The notes beneath the pieces are model-generated. The model did not search any database, was not told the origin of the DNA, and was given only the letters and a program-made list of their open reading frames with translations. This document shows, piece by piece, positions 11,162 through 24,053 of a stretch of 45,081 bases of DNA. Position 1 is the stretch's first letter. Each line of letters opens with the position of its first letter. The stretch is from the NCBI RefSeq assembly GCF_006345805.1, contig NW_021834830.1, positions 1-45,081 of the forward strand, read 5' to 3'. A program made the translations under genes and the position numbers. The DNA comes from Octopus sinensis (taxonomy: Eukaryota).

Positions 11162-11696
11162 CTAAGTTTGACATTCTCTGTATTTGAGTTACTGGTTACT
11201 TGTGATGGGGTTTGCACATGTAGATTAGCTTCCCTGAAGTGATGTTATGAAGTGTTCTCTCATTCTATATCCCTTACATCAACACAACTGACCATTTCAT
11301 ATTCCCTTACTCATTTATCAGTGCTCGACATCTCTGTTTATCGTAAGAAGAGACACAGTTTCATATTCAAACTGAGAAACGCACCGATGGGTATAACTGA
11401 ATGATTCACTTTCTGTTCTTTCACTCCCTCTTAGTTCAGTTATCACATTTTTATGCTGCAACTCCTTACATTTCGCCTTAAGTTTCCTTCTGCGTATCCT
11501 CAAACGCTTTCTGTTTCCTTTTTTTTTTTCCTTTTGTTTTTGCTCCTGTTTATATCTAGTTTCTCTTTCCAACCGTTTCCTATCTGCGTATCCAAGCTCA
11601 CTTCCACTTGTGCTTCCCTTTAATTTCAGCCAAGGGCGGCAAACATAGATCTATATATCTGCGCGCTTTCCTTCTTGCCGTCTTGTCATCGTAAAC
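11162..11696 (-). other. Putative exon of a minus-strand host gene (mostly 5' UTR, possible start MSNL)
   Basis: Repeat-free island; acceptor cttcttcag|G at 11697/11696; consensus donor AG|GTGAGT at 11162/11161; ATG at 11174. Confidence 0.35.
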
Positions 11697-11799
11697 CTGA
11701 AGAAGTGTTTTTTCCGAAACGTTTCGCAAATGAGACACAAAAAGAATAGAAATAACAGAAGCATATTTCCACATTCCATATATATTTTATAGATTTACT

Positions 11800-13700
11800 C
11801 TACACAAAACGCAACTCAGAATGAAGCCTAAATGCTTTAAATATTTGTAAAATATTAAAAAAGAACTGAAATGTTTAATGGAGATATTCAAAAACTTGTC
11901 ACTAAAATATTTCACAAGCAAGGATAAAGTGTTAGCAAATATCATGAATAATATATTCAAAGAACACGAAATAAGACTGGTTGGTTCATTATGAGTGAAC
12001 TAAAGTAATTCTTAAAATTCAAGAAATATAAACCTTAAAACCCAGATACCCGAGATCCCCTTTACTAGTTTCCTAAGTTTTAATTATAGTTTCACAGAAG
12101 ATAAGTAAATTACGTGGGAAACATTTATGTTCATAAGACCAAAAGAGATGTAGGAGGGGATTATGTATATGGTAATAAATATCAGTCATTGATCAACAAA
12201 GCCAGAACGGAAGGTTGTAGAAGGAGAAAGAAGGTTGCGATTACGACAAGGATTTACTTCCAAATGGTTTTTGACAGTGTTCTCCGTATGTGAGTCTTGG
12301 AAATATTAGTCAAATTAAAATAGTACCAATGATAACTAGATATATTAAAAATGTATATTAGTAGACGGCTAACAATTATGTAGATATAGGCAATAATGAT
12401 TCAAAGAAACTTACCTTATTGTTGTTAGGCTACGAATATTCCAAGAGGGCCCCACTGTCCACTTCGCTTCTTTATGTTCTCATTAACACCTTTAACCAGA
12501 ATGTTAAAACAAGCTGGACTGCGATGTTAATGCTATGACAGAACCAATCAACCTGCCATAACATGTACATTATATGATATGTCATGTATATGGATGACAT
12601 GAAGTTGTACGCTGTAGATGATAAACATCTAGAAACACGAGAGGAATTGATATGCGATTCAGGTTAGAAAAATGTGCCAAGGCAACACTGAAGAGAGGAA
12701 ATTTAATTAAGTACATTAATGTCATGTTTGATGAAGAAACAATGACAAGAGAATTAGATCAAAAACAAGCTAACATATACTTAGGAAATAATGAACTAGA
12801 CAGAGTACAACATACATAAATGTGAGAAAAGGTTAAGAACGAATATCATAGACGCATTAGATGAATATTCAAAACAGCGTTAAATGCCAAACATAAAGTA
12901 ATAAGCATCAATACTCTAACTGCGCCAATAATAAGTCATAGTTATATTTTCAACCCAAAATCTCACAAAGATTATATTAGCAACAGAGACAGGGAAGTAT
13001 TCGATGACTAGAAAACTATTATAAAATATCCACTGTACAACTACAAATATATCTTGCAAACTATAGCAGAAAGCTAATATAAATAGCTATAAAAGACGAA
13101 TAAAACAAAAACAATTTCTGTCTTCAAAGAAAGTAATAAATTTAAAACGGAGGCTGAACAGACAGTTATGATGATAAAAGAGAAGCAGTACCATACATTG
13201 CGAAAAAAAAAAAGAAAAAGAAAAAGAAAAAGATGAAAAACTCAGTTAAAACGTTGCTAAAGCGACGGAAAGAAAAGCCCCTATATGGCCAATATTTGAG
13301 AAAAGTTAACATGGAGGAAAGAGATAAAACAATTGCATCACTGGTTCAGAATGATTTCTTTTTTTTTTTTTTGCGTAGTAGGTCAGATCAAAACCTTCCT
13401 ACAAGAAGCCATTATAAGCATATAATGAAAACGGTTGCAATAAGAAACTGAAGAAAATGTGGAATTGAAGAAGAGACGATGAACCATATTGCGTATGGCA
13501 GCACAGTTTTAAATAAGAAATTGCAAGTCTTCACGTATGGCAAAATTGGTGCGTTCATACACTAGGAATTATGCCAACATTATGGAATACTAAAAGAGAG
13601 AGAGTATTAATGTAGACCTGAAAAGGTATGAGAAGGAGGAAACAGCCATACTCTGGGTTATGCAGAACCACACAGATACGGTGAGCAATGTTAATCAGTT
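11800..13700 (+). mobile_element. Decayed RLE-type (R4/Dong-like) LINE: RT, zinc knuckle and start of endonuclease
   Basis: FDSV, IFQEG, YMDDMKLYA (12587-12613), DMRFRLEKCAKATLKRG, KTALNAKHKVISINTL, KPLYGQYL, KCGIEEETMNHI, IH*ELCQHYG. Confidence 0.88.
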
Positions 13701-13852
13701 ATATATTGTATATATTCCTCCTTCTCATCCTTTTTCTGGTCTACATTAATACTCTCTCTTTTAGTATTCCATAATGTTGGCATAATTCCTAGTATATGAA
13801 AGCACCAATTCTGCCATACGTGAAGATGTGCAATTTCTTATTTAAAACTGTG
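13502..13852. repeat. Inverted duplication, ~140 bp arms (13502-13641 / 13715-13852), 73 bp spacer
   Basis: cacagttttaaataagaaattgca...gaaggaggaa is reverse-complemented as ttcctccttctc...tgcaatttcttatttaaaactgtg. Confidence 0.95.
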
Positions 13853-13930
13853 TCGACTAATAAAAAAGGATTCACCCCAACTGAGGAAAATATAGCAAGA
13901 ATAGAAATGGTAAAATTATACAAATATAAA

Positions 13931-14189
13931 TATTTCGTTTTGGGATTTGGTTTGCAAGATTCTTTATATAAGTTCGTGTGTTGAAGCATATTCTGTTGAG
14001 TCTAGGGAGAGTCATTTTCTTTTTGTGCCTTATAATGTAACACACTCACCGGTAAAAATTCCACTTATTTCTTACTTTTATTTTCCTAAAATTTTCGTTG
14101 CGTCTTGCAACCTTTTCAATAGTCTTACCGGTGAGTGTGTTACATTATAAGCCACAAAAAGAAAATAACTCTCCCCTGACACAACAGAA
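13931..14189 (-). mobile_element. ~260 bp Penelope-type mini-element: pLTR plus inverted partial pLTR, 14 bp TSD
   Basis: Direct repeat tatacaaatataaa at 13917-13930 and 14190-14203; inverted arms 13988-14055 / 14125-14192; hammerhead motif in the spacer. Confidence 0.75.
14086..14122 (-). ncRNA. Minimal type I hammerhead ribozyme motif, U3:A8 variant
   Basis: Minus strand reads CUA-UUGAAAA-G-GUUGC(AAGAC)GCAAC-GAA-AAUU-U-UAG: stem I 3 bp, stem II 5 bp, palindromic stem III. Confidence 0.7.
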
Positions 14190-14559
14190 TATACAAATAT
14201 AAAAATTTGGAAATAGAAATGACAAGAATACACAAACAATGTAGTATGTAACATTCACATTAAGTAGAATACTTGAGACACAACAGAAAGTACAAAACAT
14301 TTCACATACACAAGGTTCGCAGAGCTGCACTCGATTGTGTCGAGGTACATTACTCACAGATAATACTTATATTTTATCTTTTTATTCGACCAAGATGATG
14401 CTCATAGATATTACAATATTGTTTCTACAAAATGATTATATTTACAATCAAATCAAACTTCACTGACTTAGAACAGAAAAGAAAAAGAAAATCACATTAG
14501 ATAATGTATCAGTGATACATAAAATACGAATTCGTCATGACCAGGATAACCTTTCTTAG

Positions 14560-14870
14560 ACGTTTCCAGACAGGAGTGTCATGCTACCAAAGAGGCAACA
14601 ATGAGAACAAAAACTATGGCAAGTCAACGAAGAAGCTTCTACGAGCCATTAGGTGTTCGCTCGATCAGCTGTATTTAATAGTCAAATTTCCTTCATGTCC
14701 TACACTAACGAAACCATTATGTGTCTACTCGATCAGCTAGAAATAATAACCAAATCCTCCCCCACATTACGCATTACTGTCAACAAAAGATTAAGGACAA
14801 ATCTGAATAAAATGATGCGGTAGTTAGAAACCGGAAAGTGTTTCTTTACAAGCCTATACATCTCAGCCAA
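14560..14870 (+). repeat. Old interspersed repeat (family D) with internal partial duplication
   Basis: ctcgatcagct occurs twice; the motif gctagaaatarcarccaaat recurs in reverse at ~19690-19715, ~24985-25005 and ~33575-33608. Confidence 0.5.
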
Positions 14871-14919
14871 TCTAGAGCTAAACAAGAGCACCAGCAATTA
14901 CTACTACTACTGCTGCTGA

Positions 14920-14951
<32 letters not shown>

Positions 14952-15094
14952 AAAATAATAATAATAATATTTCTCTTTCTCTCTCTATCTATATATCAAT
15001 TTATCTATCTGTCTGTCTAACTGTCAGTCTCTTTCTCTCTCTTACTATCTATCTATCTGCCTGTCTATCCACCTATTTATTTCACTATATATCA

Positions 15095-15305
15095 TTCAAA
15101 ATGTTACCGCGTGTGTACGTTGGCGATTTTTTTTCCTCTGTCTTCCCTTCTCTGGATCTTTCTTTCTCCTATGTTTCCGATGAAGAGCGCCGCTCGAAAC
15201 GTTAAACCTTCCTTCTTTCCTTCTTTCCTGAGCGTCCAATAATACTATATTTGTTCCACGTCCTCGCGTTGCTTTGTTTTTTGTGCTTTCATGTTTGGAT
15301 TAACT
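15095..15305 (+). mobile_element. ~210 bp non-coding pLTR-like element with hammerhead motif
   Basis: Closely similar to 40931-41135 over its whole length; the 3' end runs into (TA)n. Confidence 0.85.
15173..15207 (+). ncRNA. Minimal type I hammerhead ribozyme motif (C3:G8, U4C variant)
   Basis: GUUU-CCGAUGA-A-GAGC(GCC)GCUC-GAA-ACGU-U-AAAC. Confidence 0.7.
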
Positions 15306-15883
15306 ATATATATATATCTATCTATATATATATATATATATATACATATATACATTTATCAATCTATCTGGCTATTCAGCTGTCTATTTGTCTATCTATC
15401 GATCTATTTATTTATCTATCTACCTATCTATCTATTTATCTGTTTATTTATCTGCCTATCCATCTATCTATTTGTGTACCTCTTTATTTGTCTATCTATC
15501 CATCTATCTATTTATCACTCTATAAAACTCAACAAATGTACGTCTACCATATTATTTGACAACTTATAAATACCAGCTAACGTAAACCACAAATTACCTT
15601 CGGAATATATGATCTGTGGAATATCATATGCGAAAAAAAAAAACCCAAAACAAAACAAAGGCGTTAGAGCAGTTGGAGGTAAATGGCTTCTAAATGATTA
15701 CAATTTCTGTATTAAATAGCAATTAAATTCCCTCAAATTGCATTTAACCTTCAATATAAACTAAACCGCATATGACAATGTAGTCCAAGATAGATAAGAT
15801 TTTGTTAAGAGAATAGTCATGGTTGGAATGTCTTCGTTGATACGCGACATCAAGGAGTACCAAAGCAACAAAACACCTTTTAC

Positions 15884-15931
15884 CTCTTATGAGGACAACA
15901 CACACAGTCAATAATGGAGCTGTACATTGCC
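15884..15931 (-). other. Putative 48-nt exon
   Basis: Acceptor tttctcatttctag|G and donor GAG|GTAAAA; length divisible by 3; two frames open (QCTAPLLTVCVVLIR or AMYSSIIDCVCCPHK). Confidence 0.3.
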
Positions 15932-16259
15932 CTAGAAATGAGAAATAGTGATAACTGAAACGCATTTTTCGATAAGTTATCTCGTAGAAAACCTAAACAA
16001 AATCAACACCAATATCTACACTACAATGGCAGCAACAATATATTATTATAAAACCGCTCTCTGGATTTTTAAAACAAAATAAGTTAAAGGTTAACCATCA
16101 AAGATTTCCTTATCATTCTCGTGAATTAGATATCTTAATTTAGATTTTACTTAATATTTTTTCTTGTCTACGCATAAAACTTGAGCAATATTCAACGTAA
16201 AAAAACCATTTATTACAGAACACAGAAATCATTTCATATGCATTCACAAATTCACAAAC

Positions 16260-16319
16260 TGAATATTTCCACACACATATGTTCACGCATACGCCTATAT
16301 ATATATATACATACATATG

Positions 16320-16411
<92 letters not shown>

Positions 16412-16605
16412 ATGTATATATGTATGGATATATGTATGTATATATATATATATGTGTGTGTGTATATATGTATGTATGCATATATGTATGTATGCATGTG
16501 CGTGTATATGTGTGTGTGTGTGGTATATATTAAATACATTTGTCTATACATTGTACACTGTTGATCTTACTCTCTATTTACGTATATGTGAGTGTGTATG
16601 TATGT

Positions 16606-16667
<62 letters not shown>

Positions 16668-16832
16668 TTGTAAGTATATATACATAGATAGACATATATA
16701 TGTACGTATGTAAAAATAAATATATAAATATATATATATATATAATGATAAAAAATATAGATATATAGATAGATAGATAGACAGACAGATAGATGGATAG
16801 ATAGATACAAGTATACATACATAGATATATGC

Positions 16833-16865
<33 letters not shown>

Positions 16866-17227
16866 ACCCATTTATTCATTGCTATGTCCGTCTTTCTGTC
16901 TCCTTCACTATCTCTACAATATTAATATATAATGCATATGTATATATGTGTGTGTTTATGCGAGCAGGTGCTCTATATGTGTCCTTAAATGTATATTGTT
17001 TTATTTTGTATCCCTGCTTAGTATTTCATTCGTTGTTTCTGTGTGAATATAACATTGCGTTTATGACTTAACTTGCTCCTGGTGTGTACATTCATACAAT
17101 TGTGCGTGTGAGTGTGTGTCTGTATATACTTGTATATATATATATATAGATATATATATATATATATGTGTGTGTGTGTAATTATAAATATATGTATGTA
17201 TGTAGTATATATATATATATATATATA

Positions 17228-17302
<75 letters not shown>

Positions 17303-17500
17303 CATATCTACGTGTATTTGTTTACAAATAGTTATATATACACATACATATATATGTATGTATATGTACGTATAAACATATATTTATTTATACAAGTATA
17401 CGTATATATTTACATCTATTTGTAAATATACATATATGTATACATATGTATATATATTTATATATGTATGTATATGCCTGTGTCTCTCTTTCTGTGTATT

Positions 17501-17531
<31 letters not shown>

Positions 17532-17907
17532 TGTATGTATGTGTGTGTGTGTGAGTGAACAGGTTTTGTGTTTGTGAATATATATATATGGACGTGTGAG
17601 TTTTTATGTTTGTTGATGAAATCTTCATTTAAATCGAAATGCTCTGGAGTGAAAATTCGATCAGAAACCAAATCAAATACTCCAGAAATATATTTAGGTT
17701 AGATTAAATGTTCAGATTTCGTGTAGCAGAAATATGAATCTTGCGAAACGCAAATTCAATCTAGACAAAACAGGAGAGAGAATGTTATAAAACTTAAACA
17801 AATGTAAGATTAGAAAATTTGTAGAAAATGAACAACCTACCGTCATATGTTTGTGAGTATTTGTATGTCTGTATGTATATACATACATATATATATATAT
17901 TATATAT

Positions 17908-17959
<52 letters not shown>

Positions 17960-18231
17960 ATTTATAAATATATATATTTGTACATATATGTGTATATGTA
18001 CATATGTGTGTAGATACATATGATATGTTTATATGCACATACATATACGCATAATTATGTGGGTGTGTCTGTAAGCGTTTATCAATGGATATAAACGGAT
18101 ACAAAAATTGTATTTATTTATCAATATACAAATACATATCTTTAATGTATGTGCACCTGTGTGTATACGTACGTATATATATGTGTGCGTGTGTATATAT
18201 ATACATATATATATATATTATATATATATAC

Positions 18232-18278
<47 letters not shown>

Positions 18279-18400
18279 CATATATATATGCATACATATA
18301 TATATAGGGGTATATAATGTATGCATGTGTGTTTTTATATTAGGTGAGTGTGTATATGTATGTGCTTTTGTTTATCTGTGTGTGTATATGTTTCTAAACT
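16260..18400. repeat. Large compound (TA)/(TG)/(TATG)/(GATA) microsatellite field
   Basis: Direct inspection; source of the IYIY/VCVC pseudo-ORFs. Confidence 0.9.
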
Positions 18401-19086
18401 ACATAAACCTTGGATGCTGTTTCGCAAAAGTGAAATAAGTTGTTTATTCTTTTGTAAAATAACTAAAAAAATAAATTAAAATTAAATAAGAAAAATAAAA
18501 AATACGTACGTAACTTTAAAAAAAACTAAAACAAATATAGAAGAGAAAACCAACAAGTAATGATAAATAAACAAATGATACATATGTAATTTTTGTAAGA
18601 GAATAAATATAAAGAAAGGAAGGAAGAAAAATATTTTTTTTTGGATGAGAAAAATAAAAAAATATAAAAATTCTTAATTTATTTTTATGCAACTTTTACC
18701 TCGAATAAAATTAGATGAAATTTTGTTTAAGGTTTGTTATTCTTCTTCTGTATGTATTTTTTGTTCATTTGTTTCTGTTTTTTTAACTCGTAGAATTTCG
18801 AGTTCATGTTTAGGGAAATATGTTATCAAAACTACGTGTTTCTTTAGTTAAATAAGATGGGATAAACTCTGAATTGTAAATTTCACGTTCGAGTTTGTTC
18901 TGAGAATAGACCTAAAGAACTATACGCATGTTTAATTAAATACCAAGAGGAAATCATTGTTAGCGATTTCTAATGTTTTGAAAATTATGTGTCGCTTTCT
19001 TACGTAAAGTTGTTAAGCAGTGTTTAGTTCATCTTTTGAGAGAATTGTTGAGCGCCTAAGAGTGTCTTTAGTTTAATATAGGGAGA

Positions 19087-19407
19087 TTTTTTTTTATTTA
19101 TGCGCCCTTTTCAAGCCTAGCCAGGCTCATGGGCCCAGTTTCCCGGTTTCTGTGGCGCATGTGTCCCCCCCCCCAGCTGGACGGAACGCCAGTCCATCTC
19201 AGCGTTACTCAAGAAACAGGAAGAAAAAGTGCGAGAAAATTGGGGCAAAAGAGTACAACAGGGGTCACCACCACCCCCTACCGGAGACTCGTGGAGCTTT
19301 AGGTGTTTTCGCTCAATAAACACACACAATGCAAGGTCTGGGAATCGAAACTACGATCCTCCGACCGCGAGTCCGCTGCTCTAACCACTAGGCCATTGCA
19401 CCTCCAC
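19087..19407 (-). mobile_element. SINE family B, tail type 1, full-length
   Basis: Reverse homolog of 8975-9270 with A-rich tail; TSD aatatagggaga / aatataaggaga (19075-19086 / 19408-19419). Confidence 0.92.
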
Positions 19408-20924
19408 AATATAAGGAGAAAAAGACTATAATTTCTTGTCTATGTTTAGTTAATAACTAAGGTGTTTTTTTAGCTGACAATTTGTGGTACACCAATTTCT
19501 AGTGAGAGAGAAATATTTGAAACGTATGCGATTCCTTAGTTAAAGGTTTGGGAATAACACTAAACTTTCTAAAGAGAAATATTTAGAAATTAAGTAAAAG
19601 TGGAGTTATAGGGAGATATTTACAAACTGTGGGCGTCTTTAATTATCCAACGTGTCTTTTCTTAAATCAGCAGACTGTGGCTTGAGGGAAGATTTTGCTA
19701 CTATTTCTGACAGATGAAGTGACTATATTTGGATTTAATTCATGACTTGTCACAGGTACACAATATCGACGTGCTGTCACTTAACCCTGCGTGCATGTCA
19801 TTTCGTCTCTCATCTGAACCATTCAGCCGGCAGAGATTTGAACTCTACTCTATCATTTCAGCTCCATCGCAGAGAGAAATTTCATTAAATTGATCTCAAA
19901 TATTTGATTAGGACCATACTTTTCTTGGAGCTGGAAGGATCAATAGTAAAGTTGACTCAGGCAAGATTTCTGCTCAGTAAACAGTCGAACCAAATATCAC
20001 TCTAGCGATTTCTGCCAGTGTTAATAAGTACTGAAATCGGTATAACCAGAAATTAGGAAAAGAGTACGGTATGAAGAAGAGATTCACTTAAACAGAAGAG
20101 TGGCACATATCTTATTTGTCTCTGAAAAACGAGCCAAACAGGAAGCGTGTTCATGGTCGCTGTACTTGCTTGGAATTACAGATAAATCTGATTCGTATAG
20201 CACCCTAGTAATTTAACAGAGGTAGTCGCATTGAGTAATATTTTGGATGCGTTAATGATAAATCTTTTCATAAAAGGCAAGGGAGAGAACTCTCACATTT
20301 AAATTTGTTAAAATGAAAACAGACGCATGCAATGGGAGAAGTAAGTCTGAGCTTCACTAAGTATCTTTCGTATGGATGTTTGAACAGTTTTCATTATGCA
20401 ATGTTATTGCCAGTTCAAATATGCTCTTATGAAATTCAGTATCATGTGAATTCGAACATTCCAATAAATTTATGACTAGTGGATAACAGTCGCTATCATG
20501 TTAAAGATGAAACAGTCACCTCTTAAGTATCATATACTGAGTGACGTTGAGTGGAGAAAAATAAATCTTTTAGTACTGTACTTCTTACTTCACTATGACT
20601 TTCCATTACTCCTTTTGAAAAATTCATTCATAGATTTTGTTGACTGATTCGCAAAATTATAATAGTATTGTACATATAATTGATATTTTAAAAGTAAATT
20701 AGTAAAAACATTATTAAAAAAATCTTGTGTCTAGTTTCGTTAATGTAATCGTCTTTCATCTATGCCCTTATGACATATAAACAAATCATTATCATTGTTT
20801 TCTCTATTAAAAAATAATGCTTTCACTGTTCCTGTATCTCTTTCTGTCTCTCTGTATTTCTATACTCATAGGCGTGTGTGTATGTGTGTGTGTGCTGCGT
20901 GTGACCGTGTATATGAATAAAGCT

Positions 20925-21110
20925 TTACTACTACAACTACTACTACAACAACTACTACTACTACTACTACCAACACCAACACCACCACCAACACCACTAC
21001 TACTACTACTACTACTGCTACTACTACTGCAACTGCTGCTACTGCTACTGCTGCTACTTTTGCTGCTGCTGATGCTACTATTACTACTACTTCTCTTTCT
21101 CCTACTGCTG

Positions 21111-21141
<31 letters not shown>

Positions 21142-21177
21142 CACCACCACCACCACCACTTCTACTACTACTACTAC

Positions 21178-21213
<36 letters not shown>

Positions 21214-21352
21214 ACCACTACTGCTGGTGCTGATGCTACTGTTGATGCTACTATTACTACTACTTCTCTTTCTCTTACTGCTGCTACTACTGCTACTACT
21301 ACTACTACTACTACTACTACTGCTGCTACTACTACTACTACTACTACTACTA
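20925..21352. repeat. Compound (TAC)/(TGC)/(CAC) trinucleotide tract with a ~50 bp internal duplication
   Basis: tgatgctactattactactacttctctttctc occurs at ~21070 and ~21243. Confidence 0.9.
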
Positions 21353-21359
21353 TAACTGA

Positions 21360-21570
21360 GGATAGTAGTGTGGTAGTATCGTCACAGAGTCGGGCAAAGT
21401 AATTAGCTATATCTCATTTGGCTCTTTAATTTCTGAGTTCAAATCCCGCTCTAGTCAGTTTTGTTTACCATTCTTTCAGAGTCGATAAAATAGTCACAGC
21501 AGGTTGATGTTTTTCACTGAAACTCTTCCTCACAAAATTCTGTCTTTAGCGTTGAAATAAGAAACGACCA
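21360..21570 (+). mobile_element. Degenerate SINE family C copy
   Basis: ttctgagttcaaatcccgc...ccattctttcagagtcgataaaatag. Confidence 0.6.
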
Positions 21571-21662
21571 TTATTTGTATTGTTTATTATTCATGCGTCG
21601 AGGGTTTCCTTTCTTGAAACAAGAATTTAAATACAATGCGGAAAAGATGTATATAAGAATAT

Positions 21663-22038
21663 CGTCTTGGCACTACGACGGTTACGATGACGAGGGTTCC
21701 AGTTGAACCGATTTACGGAACAGCCTGCTCGTGAGATTAAAATGCAAGTGGCTGAGCACTCCACAGACACGTGCACCCTCAACGTGGTTCTCGGGGGAAA
21801 TTCAGCGTGACACAAGGTTGGCCTTTTGAAATACACGTACAACAGAAATAGGAAGAAAGAGTGAGAGAAAGTTGTGGTGAAAGAGTACAGCAAGGTTCGC
21901 CACCACGCCTTGCCAGAGCTTCGTGGAGTTTAGGTAGTTTCACTTAATAAACACTCACAACACCCGGTCTGGGAATCGAAACCGCGATCCTACGACAGCG
22001 AGTCCGCTGCCCTAACCACTAGGCCATTGCACATCCAC
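21663..22038 (-). mobile_element. SINE family B, tail type 2
   Basis: Same tRNA-like head and body as the other B copies (~21850-22038) but an unrelated 3' half; imperfect TSD atataagaatat / atataacagtat (21651-21662 / 22039-22050). Confidence 0.88.
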
Positions 22039-22052
22039 ATATAACAGTATAT

Positions 22053-22273
22053 ATTCTTTTATTTGTTTCAGTCATTTCACTGCGGCCATGCTGGAGCACC
22101 GCCTTGTTAGTCGAACAAATTGACCCCGTGGCTTATTCTTTGTAAGCTTAGTACTTGTCCTATCGGCTCTCTTTTGCCGAACCATTAAGTTACGGGGACG
22201 TAAACACCCCAGCATCAGTTGTCAAGCAATGGTAGTGAGGTACTAACACAGACACACAAATATATGTATGTAT

Positions 22274-22342
<69 letters not shown>

Positions 22343-22703
22343 TATATATATATGCATACATACGTATATGAATGGGTTTCTTTCAGTTTCCATCTACCAA
22401 ATCCGATCACAAGTCTTTGGTCGGCCCGAGGCTATAGTGGAAGACACTTGCCCAAGGTACCATGCAGTGGGACTGAAACTGAAGCCATGTGGTTAGGAAG
22501 CAAGCTTCTTATTTCTTTATTGCCCACAAGGCGCTAAACATAGAGGGGACAAACAAGGACAGACAAAGGGATTAAGTCCATTACATCAACCCCAACCCGT
22601 AACTAGTACTTAATTTATCGACTCCGAAAGGATGAAAGGCAAAGTCGACCTTACCACATAGCTTCTTACAGAAGCTTCTTACCACACAGCCACTTCTGCG
22701 CCT
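22053..22703 (-). mobile_element. SINE family A, full-length, interrupted by a family C copy
   Basis: Family A tail, (TA)n linker and head ending tgcgcct at 22703; split at aagcttctta. Confidence 0.9.
22512..22650 (-). mobile_element. SINE family C, 5'-truncated, nested in the family A head
   Basis: Reverse of ggtcgactttgcctttcatcctttc...ccttgtgggcaataaagaaat; TSD aagcttctta (22502-22511 / 22672-22681). Confidence 0.9.
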
Positions 22704-22829
22704 GTATAAACACCTTAACTATATTTCTAGTAGGCAATGTTCGAACAATTATCCTACTACTCTTTGCTAGATAGTTCGCATGTTTTTAAGTAATCTGTGA
22801 TTGCCATAACAAAAATAGTTGTTTCTCTT

Positions 22830-23237
22830 AAGGCGGAGAGCTGGCAGAAACGTTCTCACGCCGGGCGAAAATGCTTTGCGGTATTTCGTCTGTCGTTACG
22901 TTCTGAGTTCAAAATCCACCGAGGTCGACTTTGCCTTTCATCCTTTCGGGGTCGATAAATTAAGTATCAGTTACGCACTGGGGGCGATATAATCAACTTA
23001 ATCCGTTTGTCTATCCTTGTTTGTCCCCTCTGTGTGAAGCCCCTTGTGTGCAGTAAAGAAATAAGTAACGTCAGCACGCCGGGCGAAATGATTAGCGGTA
23101 TTTCGTTTGCCTTTACGTTCAAATTCCGCCGAGGTCGACTTTGCCTTTCATCCTTTCGGGGTCGGTAAATTAATTGCCAGTTGCATTATGGGATCAATTT
23201 AATCGACTGGCCCCACTCCCCAAAACTTTCGGGCCTA
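22830..23237 (+). mobile_element. SINE family C pair: long-tail copy (22830-23064) followed by a headless short-tail copy (23067-23237)
   Basis: aggcggagagctggcagaaacg...gagttcaaa..gaggtcgactttgcctttcatcctttcggggtcg (Deu/Nin-domain-like core) occurs twice with different tails. Confidence 0.9.
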
Positions 23238-23917
23238 TACGTTACAAGCCTATACGTTTCCCTTTTCTTCATTGTCCAATTTAGTTCTTTGGTAAGAACT
23301 TAGCTGGTGTGGACGTAATTTTCTAACATCTGTAGCCAAAGGCAAAGACATGGAGTATAGCTTCTATAATTATGATTATTATAAAAATTAACTTTCTTAT
23401 TTTTAACATATGTACCATAAAATATACGGTGCCAAAAATATGAGTAACGCACACGATCACACACATTTGTTTTCTTTTTTTTTACCATTAATTGACTTTG
23501 AAACTGTTGCGCTACTCTGTCTAAATATAGTCGGCATGTTGTTTCTTACAAACTATGATTAGGTTCCAGCTTTGTTAAAAGAGTTAGTGGTCCAGAAATT
23601 AATTGGTACATGCGCACAGGTAAATATAAATTTATATACATAAGTAAAAATGCTTGCGCGTGTATACTTGTATAAATATATACATACATAGATACATATA
23701 TATATATATACTTATAAACATATATATATAAACATATATATATATACATCTATATATATATAGATAGATAGATAGATGGATACATACATACATAAAGACA
23801 GACATACATATATATATACATACATATATATATATATATATACATATTTATATATATATACATATGTCAATATATTTATATCTATGCATGTATTTATCTT
23901 TACCTATCTATCTATCT

Positions 23918-23980
<63 letters not shown>

Positions 23981-24016
23981 GTATTTATATATGATTTATC
24001 TCTCTATATCTCTCTC

Positions 24017-24053
<37 letters not shown>

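Noticed and set aside
11318-11572. 84-aa basic ORF on the minus strand
   Set aside because: Non-ATG start, composition driven by an A-rich tract, and no recognisable domain.
11693-11727. CTGAAGA...GAAACGTTTC hammerhead-like string
   Set aside because: No credible stem II and no stem I partner after the cleavage position; it is better explained as a minus-strand splice acceptor region.
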